DNA from: a virus
Length of the DNA: 46,053 bases
Direction: 5' to 3' (one strand)
Virus record (IMG/VR): IMGVR_UViG_3300010231_000013
Coordinates: 1-46,053 of that record
Below the pieces are notes generated by a model. It was not told where the DNA came from. It worked only from the letters and a program-made list of their open reading frames with translations, and did no database searches. A program made the translations under genes and the position numbers. Shown here one piece after another: positions 25,701 through 34,566 of the stretch. Within the stretch, counting starts at the first letter, position 1; every line of letters starts with the position of its first letter.

Positions 25701-25877
25701 ACGGCGCCGGTAGGCGGAACGGTCTCAGCTCCTCCCGTCAAGGACACGCCCCAATCTCAGATCCAACAGGACAGGCAGCAATTGTTCGATTCCGCTAAGC
25801 AGTCGGGCGGCGTGCTTGATGCCCTTTCGAGGACATGGACAGACCTCACCAAGCCCATAGGGTCACTGGGCAAATGA
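22767..25877 (+). CDS. Internal virion / ejection protein with a lambda R-like (GH104) lytic transglycosylase domain (1036 aa)
   Basis: [24 protein letters not shown]...[33 protein letters not shown] parallels lambda R as recalled. Confidence 0.85.
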   Translation: [1036 protein letters not shown]

Positions 25878-27601
25878 GCGACATCTACGGCTTCCGCGAA
25901 GGCCCGTCCTACAGGCCGATGTCACAGGCCGATTTTTGGCAGTCGGCGTTAGATCAGCCCCTGTCAGCCGCTTCGACATTCGGGACGGCAGCTAAAGGCG
26001 GCGCACTGGACAGCTTTGGCCTTGGCACCATCGCGCGTGACCTCATGACGCCAAGCGGCAACGACGCGCCGCAGCCGACCGGCAATGCCTATGTGGATAC
26101 GGTCCAGAAGCTGGACGACCTCATCGCGCCGCGCAACGTCATCAAGCGGTTCACTGGAACGATGGATCGTTCGCAGCCGGCCATGACGGAAGACGCATGG
26201 AAGTCGTCGGCATACTATCGCGACGGGCTCCCATACGATCCGGCCATGACGGAGCAGCGCGCGGCATCGCTGGCCTACCAATACGACCAGCGCAAGGTGC
26301 GCGACTTCTACACGCAAAAGCGTCCGATCACGTCCTTCCTCGGACAGTTCGCGGGGCAGGCGGCGGACCCGATCAACTATATCCCGATCTTCGGCCCGGA
26401 GGTAAAGGCGGCGGCACTGGCCAAGGCCGGGAACCTCCTTGGCGAGACACTGGTAGGGGCAGGCGAGGCGGCGGCCAATACCGGCGTGTTCGGGGCCGTA
26501 ACGGCCGGCACAAGGGCGAAATTCGGTGACGATGTAAGCTGGCAGGCCATGTTGAGCGACATGGCCATGGCCGGACTGATCGGCGGCGTCGCACCGCATG
26601 TCTTTCGCGGAATAGGCGCGGTTGCCGGCAAGGGCTTTGACACTTTCCGGGAGCGGTTCACGGATCGCGCATCCACGCTGGAAAACGTCCAGCAAGGCCG
26701 CCTTGCGTTGAACGAGGCCGTGGACGGAATGGTTCACGACAGCGAGGTCAAGCTCGGGCCTAACTCCACGGATGGCATTGCCAAGGTTGTCCGTGATATC
26801 CCTGCCGAGTTTCGGCCCGGCGACAACGCCGTTGCACAGGACAAAGCCGGGAACTTGTTGCCCATCGGTGGCGGCGCCGTGCCTGACACGGGGTTTGCGC
26901 CAGCCAATGTATACGCGGACGGGAAAGTATATGTCGGTGCGCCGGGAGAAACCGCCGCGGCTCTCAAGGATCGATACGCAGCACAGGGCGATCCCGTCTC
27001 GACTGGGTTCCTGACCAGCGACGGCAGGCTTGTTCCTTCGCAGATTGCGAAAGGTGCCAAGCGAGCCAAGGCCGCCACAGTCGAAACGCCAGTTTTGCAG
27101 GACGCTTCTCAGCAGCCAGTATCGAGCGGATCGTCGCTTGAGCGAACTGCGTCGTGGGTGATCCGGGACAAGACCACCAAGCAAGTCGTCATGGAAACCT
27201 ACGATCCCAAAAAGGTCGAGCGCCTGAATACGGCAAAATACGAGGCGGTTCCTATCGGGCAATACCTTGGCGAGTTGAACACGTTGGCACACGCCACGGC
27301 TCAAGGTGGGCAGCAACCACCCATTGACGCAACGACGCCACGTCCCGAACCGCTTCCGGCAGAACGCCAGACTGCCGAAGCGCGCATCGCCAAGCCGGAA
27401 GACGCGAAGGCGTTGGCCGATCAATACCGTGTCGATCCGCAGACCGGGGACTTCCCGGAACTGGCATCGATTGAAAACCTCAAGGCGCAAGGTCGCCTGA
27501 CGGAAGACGATGCGCGCGCCCTCGATGAGGCTGCATCCGACTTCGAAAAGGCAAACGCCTGGGGTGAAGCCCTCAAATCCGTGGTCAATTGCCTGCTATG
27601 A
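25874..27601 (+). CDS. Internal virion / ejection protein (575 aa)
   Basis: ATGA overlap with the upstream gene. Size and position. Confidence 0.8.
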   Translation: MSDIYGFREGPSYRPMSQADFWQSALDQPLSAASTFGTAAKGGALDSFGLGTIARDLMTPSGNDAPQPTGNAYVDTVQKLDDLIAPRNVIKRFTGTMDRSQPAMTEDAWKSSAYYRDGLPYDPAMTEQRAASLAYQYDQRKVRDFYTQKRPITSFLGQFAGQAADPINYIPIFGPEVKAAALAKAGNLLGETLVGAGEAAANTGVFGAVTAGTRAKFGDDVSWQAMLSDMAMAGLIGGVAPHVFRGIGAVAGKGFDTFRERFTDRASTLENVQQGRLALNEAVDGMVHDSEVKLGPNSTDGIAKVVRDIPAEFRPGDNAVAQDKAGNLLPIGGGAVPDTGFAPANVYADGKVYVGAPGETAAALKDRYAAQGDPVSTGFLTSDGRLVPSQIAKGAKRAKAATVETPVLQDASQQPVSSGSSLERTASWVIRDKTTKQVVMETYDPKKVERLNTAKYEAVPIGQYLGELNTLAHATAQGGQQPPIDATTPRPEPLPAERQTAEARIAKPEDAKALADQYRVDPQTGDFPELASIENLKAQGRLTEDDARALDEAASDFEKANAWGEALKSVVNCLL

Positions 27602-30150
27602 GAATCCGTCCGAAAATCGGTGACGATTGCTTCAATGCGGCAAATGCCGCAGCCGGGGATCGCCTACACCGCGAAGATATCCAGGAAGCATTCCAGCGCG
27701 TGTTCGATGAAAAGCGTCGCATGGAAGCCGCAGGCGAAATCGACAACATGGCCGAGCGTCTGGCGACCTTTGCCGAAAAGGAAGCTGAGCGGACAAGGAT
27801 CGCCGCTGCGCTACAGCGCCGCCACGCCGCCCTGAACATTCTTGTCCGCGACAGGCTGGATGGCCAGATCAACGGCTTTCTCAAGGCCGGCATGAAGCCA
27901 CGTGACGCCATGCTGGCGATCCTTGAAGGAACATCGAAACAGGTAGAGCAGGGCAGGGCATCGGTTGACGCGATCCGCCTTGCCAATGAAGCCCGCTATG
28001 TCGGCGCCATGATGGCCGAAATCCAGCGCGACAATCCGCACCTGATTACGGCACTCAGCGATCCGAAGTTGGACGCCGACATCATGCGCGAAATGGTTGA
28101 GTTGAAGGAAGGCGGCAATCCCGGCGTGACCGGAAACAAGGACGCTCAATACGTCGCCAAGGTGTTCGCGTCCTATGCCGAACTCGCCCGAACCGACATG
28201 AACCGCCTTGGCGCCTCAATAGGCAAGCTGGATGGCTGGGCTGGCGCGCAGACCCATGACAACATCAAGATGATCCAGGCCGGCAAGGATGCATGGGTAA
28301 CGGCCATCCTTCCGAAGCTCGATCTCCTGCGCACCTTTCCGGAGGCGACCACTGAAAAGGATATCGTGGATGCTCTCGACGGTATCTATGACACGATCAT
28401 TACCGGCTTTTCGAACAAGATGTCACCGAAGGAAATGGGCCAGCGCGTCAACCCGGCGAACCTCGCTAAGCGGCTGGGCCGTTCCCGCGTTCTGCACTTC
28501 AAGAATGCCGAGGCGGCGCTCGCCTATCGCGACCAGTTCGGTTATGGCACGACGGCGGCGGGCATCTTCAATCACTTGCGTCGATCCGCACACATCGCGG
28601 CGGTCATGGACAAGCTTGGACCCAATCCGGAGGTCATGTTCGGATCGATTGCCGAGAGCTTGAAGCGCAAAGTCAAGGAAGGCCCGGGAGACGAGGCTAC
28701 CAAGAACAAGCGCATTGCCGAACTCAGTACCGACGACGGGAAGATTCGGCAGGCGCTCGATATCGCCACTGGCCTCATTTCGCGACCCGTCAATGCGACC
28801 GGTGCCAAGATCGCCGCCGATATCCGCGCCACGGAAAGCATGGCCAAGCTTGGCGGTGCCGTCATCACGGCGCTGCCTTCGGATACTGTCCAAGTCGGGA
28901 TTTCCTCGATGTTCCGGGGCTCCGGCTTCATGAAAGGCTTCGTGTCACAGATCGAAGGCATCATGCAGGGGCGTCCCAAGGGTGAACAGGCCGAAATCGC
29001 CTACATGCTTGGCGAGGGGTTTGATGGCCTGATTGGGCACGTCGTCAATGGCGCCGCCGCCGTGGACGGTCCTCTCGGCAAGATGGCGCGTCTCCAGGAA
29101 CTGTTCTTCAAATACAGCGGCCTCACATGGGCGACGGATGTAGGTCGCGCCGTCGCGGGCAGGACCATCTCGGCCGAAATGGCCATGCGCGCCAAACTGC
29201 CCTTCGACAAGCTCCCGCCTCTCTACCGCGACACCCTGTCCCGATACGGGATCGATGCTGCCAAATGGGATGTCATTCGTCAGGCCAAGACGCGCATGGC
29301 CAACGGTCGAGAGTACATCACCCCGGATGCCATCCGCCTCTTGCCGGATGAAGCTGTGGCCGGTCTTGGGAAGACCGCCGACGACGCGAGGCAAGAGCTG
29401 GAACAATCGCTTCTGTCATTCGTGGCGGACCAGACCAACTACGGCGTGATCGAAACCGACGCACGATCGCGCCGAACTTCGACGCTCGGCTTGCGGCCCG
29501 GAACCGTCGCCGGCGAGGTGGTGCGCTTCATCATGCAGTTCAAAGGTTTCCCGATAGCCTTCATGCAGCGGGTCTATGGTCATGCGGCGTTCGGCTATTC
29601 CAGCGATGTCAGCAAGTGGACCCGCGCCGCGCACATCGGGACGATCATGGCCGCGACCACGATGGCGGGATACGTTTCGATGGCCATGAAGGATTTGCTC
29701 AAGGGGTATTGGCCGCCGCGTGACCCGACAGACCCTAAGACGTGGGCTGCGGCGTTCGTTCAGGGCGGTGCCGCCGGCATCTATGGCGACTATCTGTTCA
29801 GCCAGGTCAACCGATTTGGCAGCGGCCCACTAGAGACAGCAGCCGGCCCGACAATCGGCACGGCAGGCGATCTCATTGAACTGGCGTTGAAAGCCCGCGA
29901 CTATGGCGTCGCCAAGGTCCAGGGCGAGGACGCGCGCGGGCCGGTTGCCGATCTGGTCAATCTGTTTCAGCAGAACACGCCGTTCGTGAACCTGTTCTAC
30001 ACCAAACTCGCGACCGATTTCCTGTTCATGGATTCGCTGAGAGAAGCGATCAAGCCGGGATATCGAAAGCAAAAAGCCAACAGGCGAAAACAGGATTACG
30101 GGCAGACGACGGCACCGTTCGTGCCGGAATCGCTCACGCCTTTCCAATAA
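27598..30150 (+). CDS. Large internal virion / ejection protein (850 aa)
   Basis: ATGA overlap with the upstream gene. Size and position before the tail fibre. Confidence 0.8.
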   Translation: MRIRPKIGDDCFNAANAAAGDRLHREDIQEAFQRVFDEKRRMEAAGEIDNMAERLATFAEKEAERTRIAAALQRRHAALNILVRDRLDGQINGFLKAGMKPRDAMLAILEGTSKQVEQGRASVDAIRLANEARYVGAMMAEIQRDNPHLITALSDPKLDADIMREMVELKEGGNPGVTGNKDAQYVAKVFASYAELARTDMNRLGASIGKLDGWAGAQTHDNIKMIQAGKDAWVTAILPKLDLLRTFPEATTEKDIVDALDGIYDTIITGFSNKMSPKEMGQRVNPANLAKRLGRSRVLHFKNAEAALAYRDQFGYGTTAAGIFNHLRRSAHIAAVMDKLGPNPEVMFGSIAESLKRKVKEGPGDEATKNKRIAELSTDDGKIRQALDIATGLISRPVNATGAKIAADIRATESMAKLGGAVITALPSDTVQVGISSMFRGSGFMKGFVSQIEGIMQGRPKGEQAEIAYMLGEGFDGLIGHVVNGAAAVDGPLGKMARLQELFFKYSGLTWATDVGRAVAGRTISAEMAMRAKLPFDKLPPLYRDTLSRYGIDAAKWDVIRQAKTRMANGREYITPDAIRLLPDEAVAGLGKTADDARQELEQSLLSFVADQTNYGVIETDARSRRTSTLGLRPGTVAGEVVRFIMQFKGFPIAFMQRVYGHAAFGYSSDVSKWTRAAHIGTIMAATTMAGYVSMAMKDLLKGYWPPRDPTDPKTWAAAFVQGGAAGIYGDYLFSQVNRFGSGPLETAAGPTIGTAGDLIELALKARDYGVAKVQGEDARGPVADLVNLFQQNTPFVNLFYTKLATDFLFMDSLREAIKPGYRKQKANRRKQDYGQTTAPFVPESLTPFQ

Positions 30151-30340
30151 GCCGCAGGGCCAGGCCAACGGCGCCTGCGCAGACTGTCCACAATCCGACG
30201 ATCACCAACGGCGCATAGTCCGGCCAGTGGATACCGCCGTATCTGACGTTGGCGATACCCATCGCAAAGAGTAGCCCGACCGCGATCATACCGCCCACCA
30301 CAATCGCGGCAACGATGGCTTTTTGTGAAACCGTAATCAT
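30134..30340 (-). CDS. Reverse-strand 2-TM membrane protein (68 aa), moron within the virion operon
   Basis: GGAGGG RBS 5 nt upstream of the ATG. GC3 about 69 percent. Two hydrophobic helices. The only minus-strand gene between 2843 and 35908. Confidence 0.6.
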   Translation of the reverse strand: MITVSQKAIVAAIVVGGMIAVGLLFAMGIANVRYGGIHWPDYAPLVIVGLWTVCAGAVGLALRLIGKA

Positions 30341-30381
30341 TCAGCCCTCCAGCGGGGCGCTATCTTCCCACGGAGATCGAC

Positions 30382-32610
30382 ATGGTACAAGTGCCCAAGC
30401 AGCGCATGCGCTGGACGCCTCCGGCTGCCCGGATCGAAGGCGAGCGCCTGTTGAAGGCCCGCGCGGCTGCACAGCGTGTGCAGGATGCCGCTGTCCAGGC
30501 CAAGGCGGAAGCCGAAGTCGCGCTGGCCCAGGAAGAAAAGGCCTTGGGCGAAAAGGTTGGCGAACTCGAAAAGACGGTCGAGACGCTGATCAGAGACATT
30601 CCCAAGATGATGCCGGCATCGGGCGGCGGGCGCCGGACAATCGAAAAGGTTCTCAAGCGTATCTATGACCTCCCTGATGGCCTCGGATCGGCGGCAGGAC
30701 ATGATGAAGGCGACTTTGCTACCGCCGCACAAGGCACAAAGGCCGACACGGCTGTTCAACCCGAAGATATTGGAACCGCGGCGACCCATGATGCCGAAGA
30801 TTTCGCCACGGCGGCACAAGGCGAGCTTGCCGATAGCGCGTTTCAGTCCGCGAATGTCATCGATGAAGACGACATGGCGTCGGACAGCGCCACGAAAGTG
30901 CCGACGCAACAGAGTGTCAAAGCCTATGCCGACCTCAAGGCCGCGAAGTCCGCCAACGGCTCCGACTTCGCCAGCCTGCCCGATGTCCGCAAGAACATCA
31001 AACTGCCGACCTACTGCACGGATCGCACTGCGGCCAAGGCGCTCGATGTCACCAAGGACACGGCGCTGCACATCGTGGGCGATGGGGACCGCAACGGTAC
31101 TTTCGTCTTTCGCTCGGGCGATTACAGCTCGTACATCACGGCAGACACGCGCGAAGGCATCTATTTCGCACCGACCAGCGATGCGACTGGCGCGAGCGGT
31201 GCATGGGTCCGGCTTGGCGGTTGGGCCGTTGAAGGGGCTGACGTTCGGTGGTTCTACAACAGCGCGGACGCCACCGACTATCAGCCCGCAATTCAGGCGG
31301 CATTGAACCTGACGCGTTTCGCCAAACTCCCCGGCAATCCGACCGAACTGAAAATCTACTCCAGCATCACCATGCCGTCTTCGGCCAAGCTCACCGGCAC
31401 CGGCATCCTCGGCGGCAACGGCTCAAGCCTCCGTGCCGATTCCACGCTTAACGCGCCGATGGTCATCATGGCGAACTCTGCCGAAGTGTCGCGACTTCGA
31501 CTCCTTGGATCGCAGGATGGCGTAAACACAACGCGAACCGGCCAGACGCTGATTTCCCTGACCGACTGCACCCGCTGCGTCATCGACAGCGTGTGGTTCC
31601 AGTACGGCTATGTCGGGCTCTACCTCGCGTCGTCCAGCGGTGCCAGCGGCGGAAACGACATCACTAACTGCCTATTCTACACATGTGCCTCGTACCAGTT
31701 CCAGATTGCCGGCGCGACAAGTGCCGGTGTCGATTTCCGCATGGACAATTGCACGTTCACCGCACAGTCCGCGACAAGCAATTGGAAGATCGACGGCCTT
31801 GGTTCGGGCCTCGTTTCGAACGTCAAGATCACCGGAAACAGCATCACGTCGGCGCCTGCGCTCGACTTTAACACCTACGCTTCGCTCTACGGCGGCATCA
31901 AGTTCGAGAACACCATTGTCGAAAGCTCGTCCGGCGGCTCGGTGCGCTTGCGCGGCACAGTGACCGACAAATGGTTCGGTGTCGAATTTGTAAGCTGTGA
32001 TCTGAACTCTGCCGGCGGCGTCGGCCTGACGATCGACTATTCCGCAGACGTGCGTATGACGGGCGGCATTCTCGGCTCCACCTCAACCAACGGGTGCCTT
32101 CGCGTCGTCGGCAAGGCATGGAATACGACGCTGGTAGGCGTGAAGATGGCCACGGGCAGTGGCGTCGTGCCGATCACCAACACGTCAGGCGCTGAAATCA
32201 CCTATCTGACTGTTGTGGCACCGACGCATACCGGATCGACTGCGCTCATTGATTTCTCGACCGCAACGACCGTCTCGGAGATCTACGTGTCGGGCGGTGA
32301 ATGGGGCACATCGTCCACGCCGATCATTCTCCCCACCGGTGCCGCGCTTGGTGTTCTGACCGGCCCACTTCGCCGCAAGGCCCTTGTCGGCACGCTGGAC
32401 GGGTCGGGCGCCGCTACTGTGGCGCATGGCATCACAAACGGCCAGAAGCGCATCGTGTCGATCGGGGCATTCTATTCGTCGGCGGGCTCAATGAAGCCGG
32501 TGACCTGGCAGATCGACGGCTCCAACATCTATCTTTCGGCGGGAGCGGCAAGCACCAAATACCGCATCGTCTTCTCGTACACCGAGAACATTGACTCGAA
32601 CTGGTCGTAG
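30382..32610 (+). CDS. Tail fibre / tailspike with a right-handed beta-helix (pectate-lyase-like) C-terminal region
   Basis: Duplicated DFATAAQG-x-x-AD-x-A-x-Q fibre motif. SATKVPTQQSVKAYAD. NDITNCLFY and MDNCTF beta-helix-type repeats. Confidence 0.85.
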   Translation: MVQVPKQRMRWTPPAARIEGERLLKARAAAQRVQDAAVQAKAEAEVALAQEEKALGEKVGELEKTVETLIRDIPKMMPASGGGRRTIEKVLKRIYDLPDGLGSAAGHDEGDFATAAQGTKADTAVQPEDIGTAATHDAEDFATAAQGELADSAFQSANVIDEDDMASDSATKVPTQQSVKAYADLKAAKSANGSDFASLPDVRKNIKLPTYCTDRTAAKALDVTKDTALHIVGDGDRNGTFVFRSGDYSSYITADTREGIYFAPTSDATGASGAWVRLGGWAVEGADVRWFYNSADATDYQPAIQAALNLTRFAKLPGNPTELKIYSSITMPSSAKLTGTGILGGNGSSLRADSTLNAPMVIMANSAEVSRLRLLGSQDGVNTTRTGQTLISLTDCTRCVIDSVWFQYGYVGLYLASSSGASGGNDITNCLFYTCASYQFQIAGATSAGVDFRMDNCTFTAQSATSNWKIDGLGSGLVSNVKITGNSITSAPALDFNTYASLYGGIKFENTIVESSSGGSVRLRGTVTDKWFGVEFVSCDLNSAGGVGLTIDYSADVRMTGGILGSTSTNGCLRVVGKAWNTTLVGVKMATGSGVVPITNTSGAEITYLTVVAPTHTGSTALIDFSTATTVSEIYVSGGEWGTSSTPIILPTGAALGVLTGPLRRKALVGTLDGSGAATVAHGITNGQKRIVSIGAFYSSAGSMKPVTWQIDGSNIYLSAGAASTKYRIVFSYTENIDSNWS

Positions 32611-32614
32611 GCTA

Positions 32615-32642
32615 AAACGCGCCATCACGGGGAGGCGCGTTT
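32615..32642 (+). promoter_or_regulatory. Perfect 9-bp hairpin aaacgcgcc / ggcgcgttt spanning the RBS and TTG start of the next gene
   Basis: Read directly. No real U-tract, so it looks more like a sequestering or processing hairpin than a classic terminator. Confidence 0.4.
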
Positions 32643-34260
32643 GAGACTGACCGTTCTGGCCTCGGCCATCCTGTTTGCGGCGCTGGTCTTCCTTTCGATC
32701 GGCATCCGCGTCCCGATCATGTCGGATGAGGTCGGCTATCTGGCCATCGCCCGCTACATGGCAACCGGGCAAAAGCTGTTCGTCCAGTTCATGCCGTTCT
32801 ACAGCGCCGGGCAGTCGGTCTTGCTGGCGCCGCTGTTCAAGCTTGGGCTGCACAGTCAACAGGTCTATCAGGCCGGCATCTGGATAAGTATCCTGGCAAC
32901 GGCTCTCGTGCCGGTCGTGCTGGTCGCGGCGGCGAAGGAAATGCAGTTCCCCATGGACCGCAAGCTGGTCGCGGCTTCCGTGATCGCGGCGATCATGCCG
33001 GCCTATTTCTACCACGTCTTCCTGCTCTGGCCGGAGGCGACGCTGCGGCTGGCATTCATCGTCAGCTTCTACCTTCTCGCGGTAGCGTGGAACCGGAAGT
33101 CCAACGTTGTGTGGCTGGCCTTCGCGGCGGTGATCGTTGCGATGTACGCGCTGCACTCAAGGTCGATCCTGCTTATCCCGCTTGCCGCGCTGATGATCTG
33201 GATCGGCTGGCGGTATCAGAAGATGAGCATATGGGCGGCGGGCGCTTCCGTTGCGGTGATCGGCGCCGGGTTCGTGCTTGCCGGCAAGATGAACCACTAT
33301 TTCGAGGTGCAGCTTTGGGGCGCCAGCCGGGGAGATATCAGCCGAGCCGGTGAGATGGCCGCCGCACTGGCTACGCCGGAAGGCAATCACAGAATGGTTG
33401 CGGAAGCCATGGGCCAGGCGTGGGTTATCCTCGCCACGTCGTTCTGTCTGTTCGCGGTCGGGTTCTTTTCGCTATGGCGCTTCGGGATCGAGAGACTGGA
33501 ACGCATGGTGCCATTGATGTTCGCGGCGCTGGCATGTCTTGCCGTGTTCATCCCGTCTGTGGCTGTCATGATCCAGTTTAACCGGGTCGATCAGGTCATT
33601 TACGAGCGCTACACTGGCGTCGTGACAACGATCCCGGTGTGGCTCGGCGTCATCTACCTGGCGCGGGACGTGGACAAGCACCGGGCCGTCAAGTTCCTCG
33701 GCATCGCCGTTCTGGCCATGCTGGGGGCAGCGCTCTTGTGGGTGTTCCGGCAGGGCGCTCCGACCTTGATGATTACCCCGAACATATCTGGGCTGCTGTG
33801 GGTCAACTACTTCACGAATGCGATGAGCGCGTCCTTGAAGACTATGCTGCTGTACGGCACGATCGGCGGTGGCTTAGTGGCGCTTTTGCTGACGGCGCTC
33901 CCGCGTCGGGCCGTGCTGCCCGTTCTCGCCGTGGTGACGGTCGGAGCTGACGCAATGATCTACCATGCCGTGTACGGGGCGCATATTGGGCGCGGCTATT
34001 ACATCGGTGAGGCGTCGCGGGTTTACGGGAAGGCCAAGCCGCCGATCTTTTGGGACGCCTCGCTCGGCTATAACGGCAACACGCTCATGGACCAGTACGT
34101 TCTTGGGGCGATGCTGCCAAGCGACATCGGTAAGGTCGACTTGCAGCCGGGTCAGGCAACTGTGGTTCCCGGCACGTTCGAAAAGGCCGGGTATTGCTCG
34201 CTCGGCACATTCCCGGATGGGTCGAAGCTTCTTACGAAGGCCGATTCCTGCTTGCCGTAG
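32641..34260 (+). CDS. Polytopic GT-C fold glycosyltransferase (ArnT/PMT-like); probable cell-surface glycan modification (lysogenic conversion)
   Basis: More than 10 predicted TM segments. First-loop motif SDEVGYLAIARYMATG resembles the GT-C DE motif. TTG start with a GGGGAGG RBS. Confidence 0.7.
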   Translation: MRLTVLASAILFAALVFLSIGIRVPIMSDEVGYLAIARYMATGQKLFVQFMPFYSAGQSVLLAPLFKLGLHSQQVYQAGIWISILATALVPVVLVAAAKEMQFPMDRKLVAASVIAAIMPAYFYHVFLLWPEATLRLAFIVSFYLLAVAWNRKSNVVWLAFAAVIVAMYALHSRSILLIPLAALMIWIGWRYQKMSIWAAGASVAVIGAGFVLAGKMNHYFEVQLWGASRGDISRAGEMAAALATPEGNHRMVAEAMGQAWVILATSFCLFAVGFFSLWRFGIERLERMVPLMFAALACLAVFIPSVAVMIQFNRVDQVIYERYTGVVTTIPVWLGVIYLARDVDKHRAVKFLGIAVLAMLGAALLWVFRQGAPTLMITPNISGLLWVNYFTNAMSASLKTMLLYGTIGGGLVALLLTALPRRAVLPVLAVVTVGADAMIYHAVYGAHIGRGYYIGEASRVYGKAKPPIFWDASLGYNGNTLMDQYVLGAMLPSDIGKVDLQPGQATVVPGTFEKAGYCSLGTFPDGSKLLTKADSCLP

Positions 34261-34323
34261 CCGGGCACCTCACATAGCCGGACAGCCCGGCAACCCCCAC
34301 CATCATCTGAGAAGGAATGCACC

Positions 34324-34566
34324 ATGCGCGCCATCCACAATTGGCGGGCCGTGCTGGCGCGCGCCTATTCGGTGCACTTCGGCATCGCCGCAGCGCTGTT
34401 CTGGGTCATCGTTGCCTTGTCCGACGTATGGCCGCTTTTCGACGGCCTCTTGCCGATATCGCAGGGGTGGTTTGCTGCGCTCGGCCTGATTTTCTCTCTC
34501 GTGTCCGTCTTCGGTCGGTTCGTAAAGCAGCCGGCAATCTCAGGAGAACCCAATGAAAAGGACTAG
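34324..34566 (+). CDS. Putative holin (80 aa, 2-3 TM)
   Basis: Hydrophobic helices and a charged C-terminus. Lies immediately upstream of, and overlaps, the endolysin gene. Confidence 0.6.
   Translation: MRAIHNWRAVLARAYSVHFGIAAALFWVIVALSDVWPLFDGLLPISQGWFAALGLIFSLVSVFGRFVKQPAISGEPNEKD

Noticed and set aside
25964-27490. 508-aa minus-strand ORF and other long antisense ORFs (13694..14353, 14173..15054, 15079..16116, 16919..18085, 21874..22884, 22881..23612, 32488..33156)
   Set aside because: All lie antisense to recognisable virion or GT-C genes and are Arg/Gly/Pro/Cys-rich. They are typical shadow ORFs of high-GC coding DNA.
30382-34260. Diversity-generating retroelement (as in BPP-1-like podoviruses) acting on the tail fibre
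   Set aside because: There is no reverse-transcriptase-like ORF anywhere in the genome. I could see no template/variable repeat pair near the tail-fibre 3' end.
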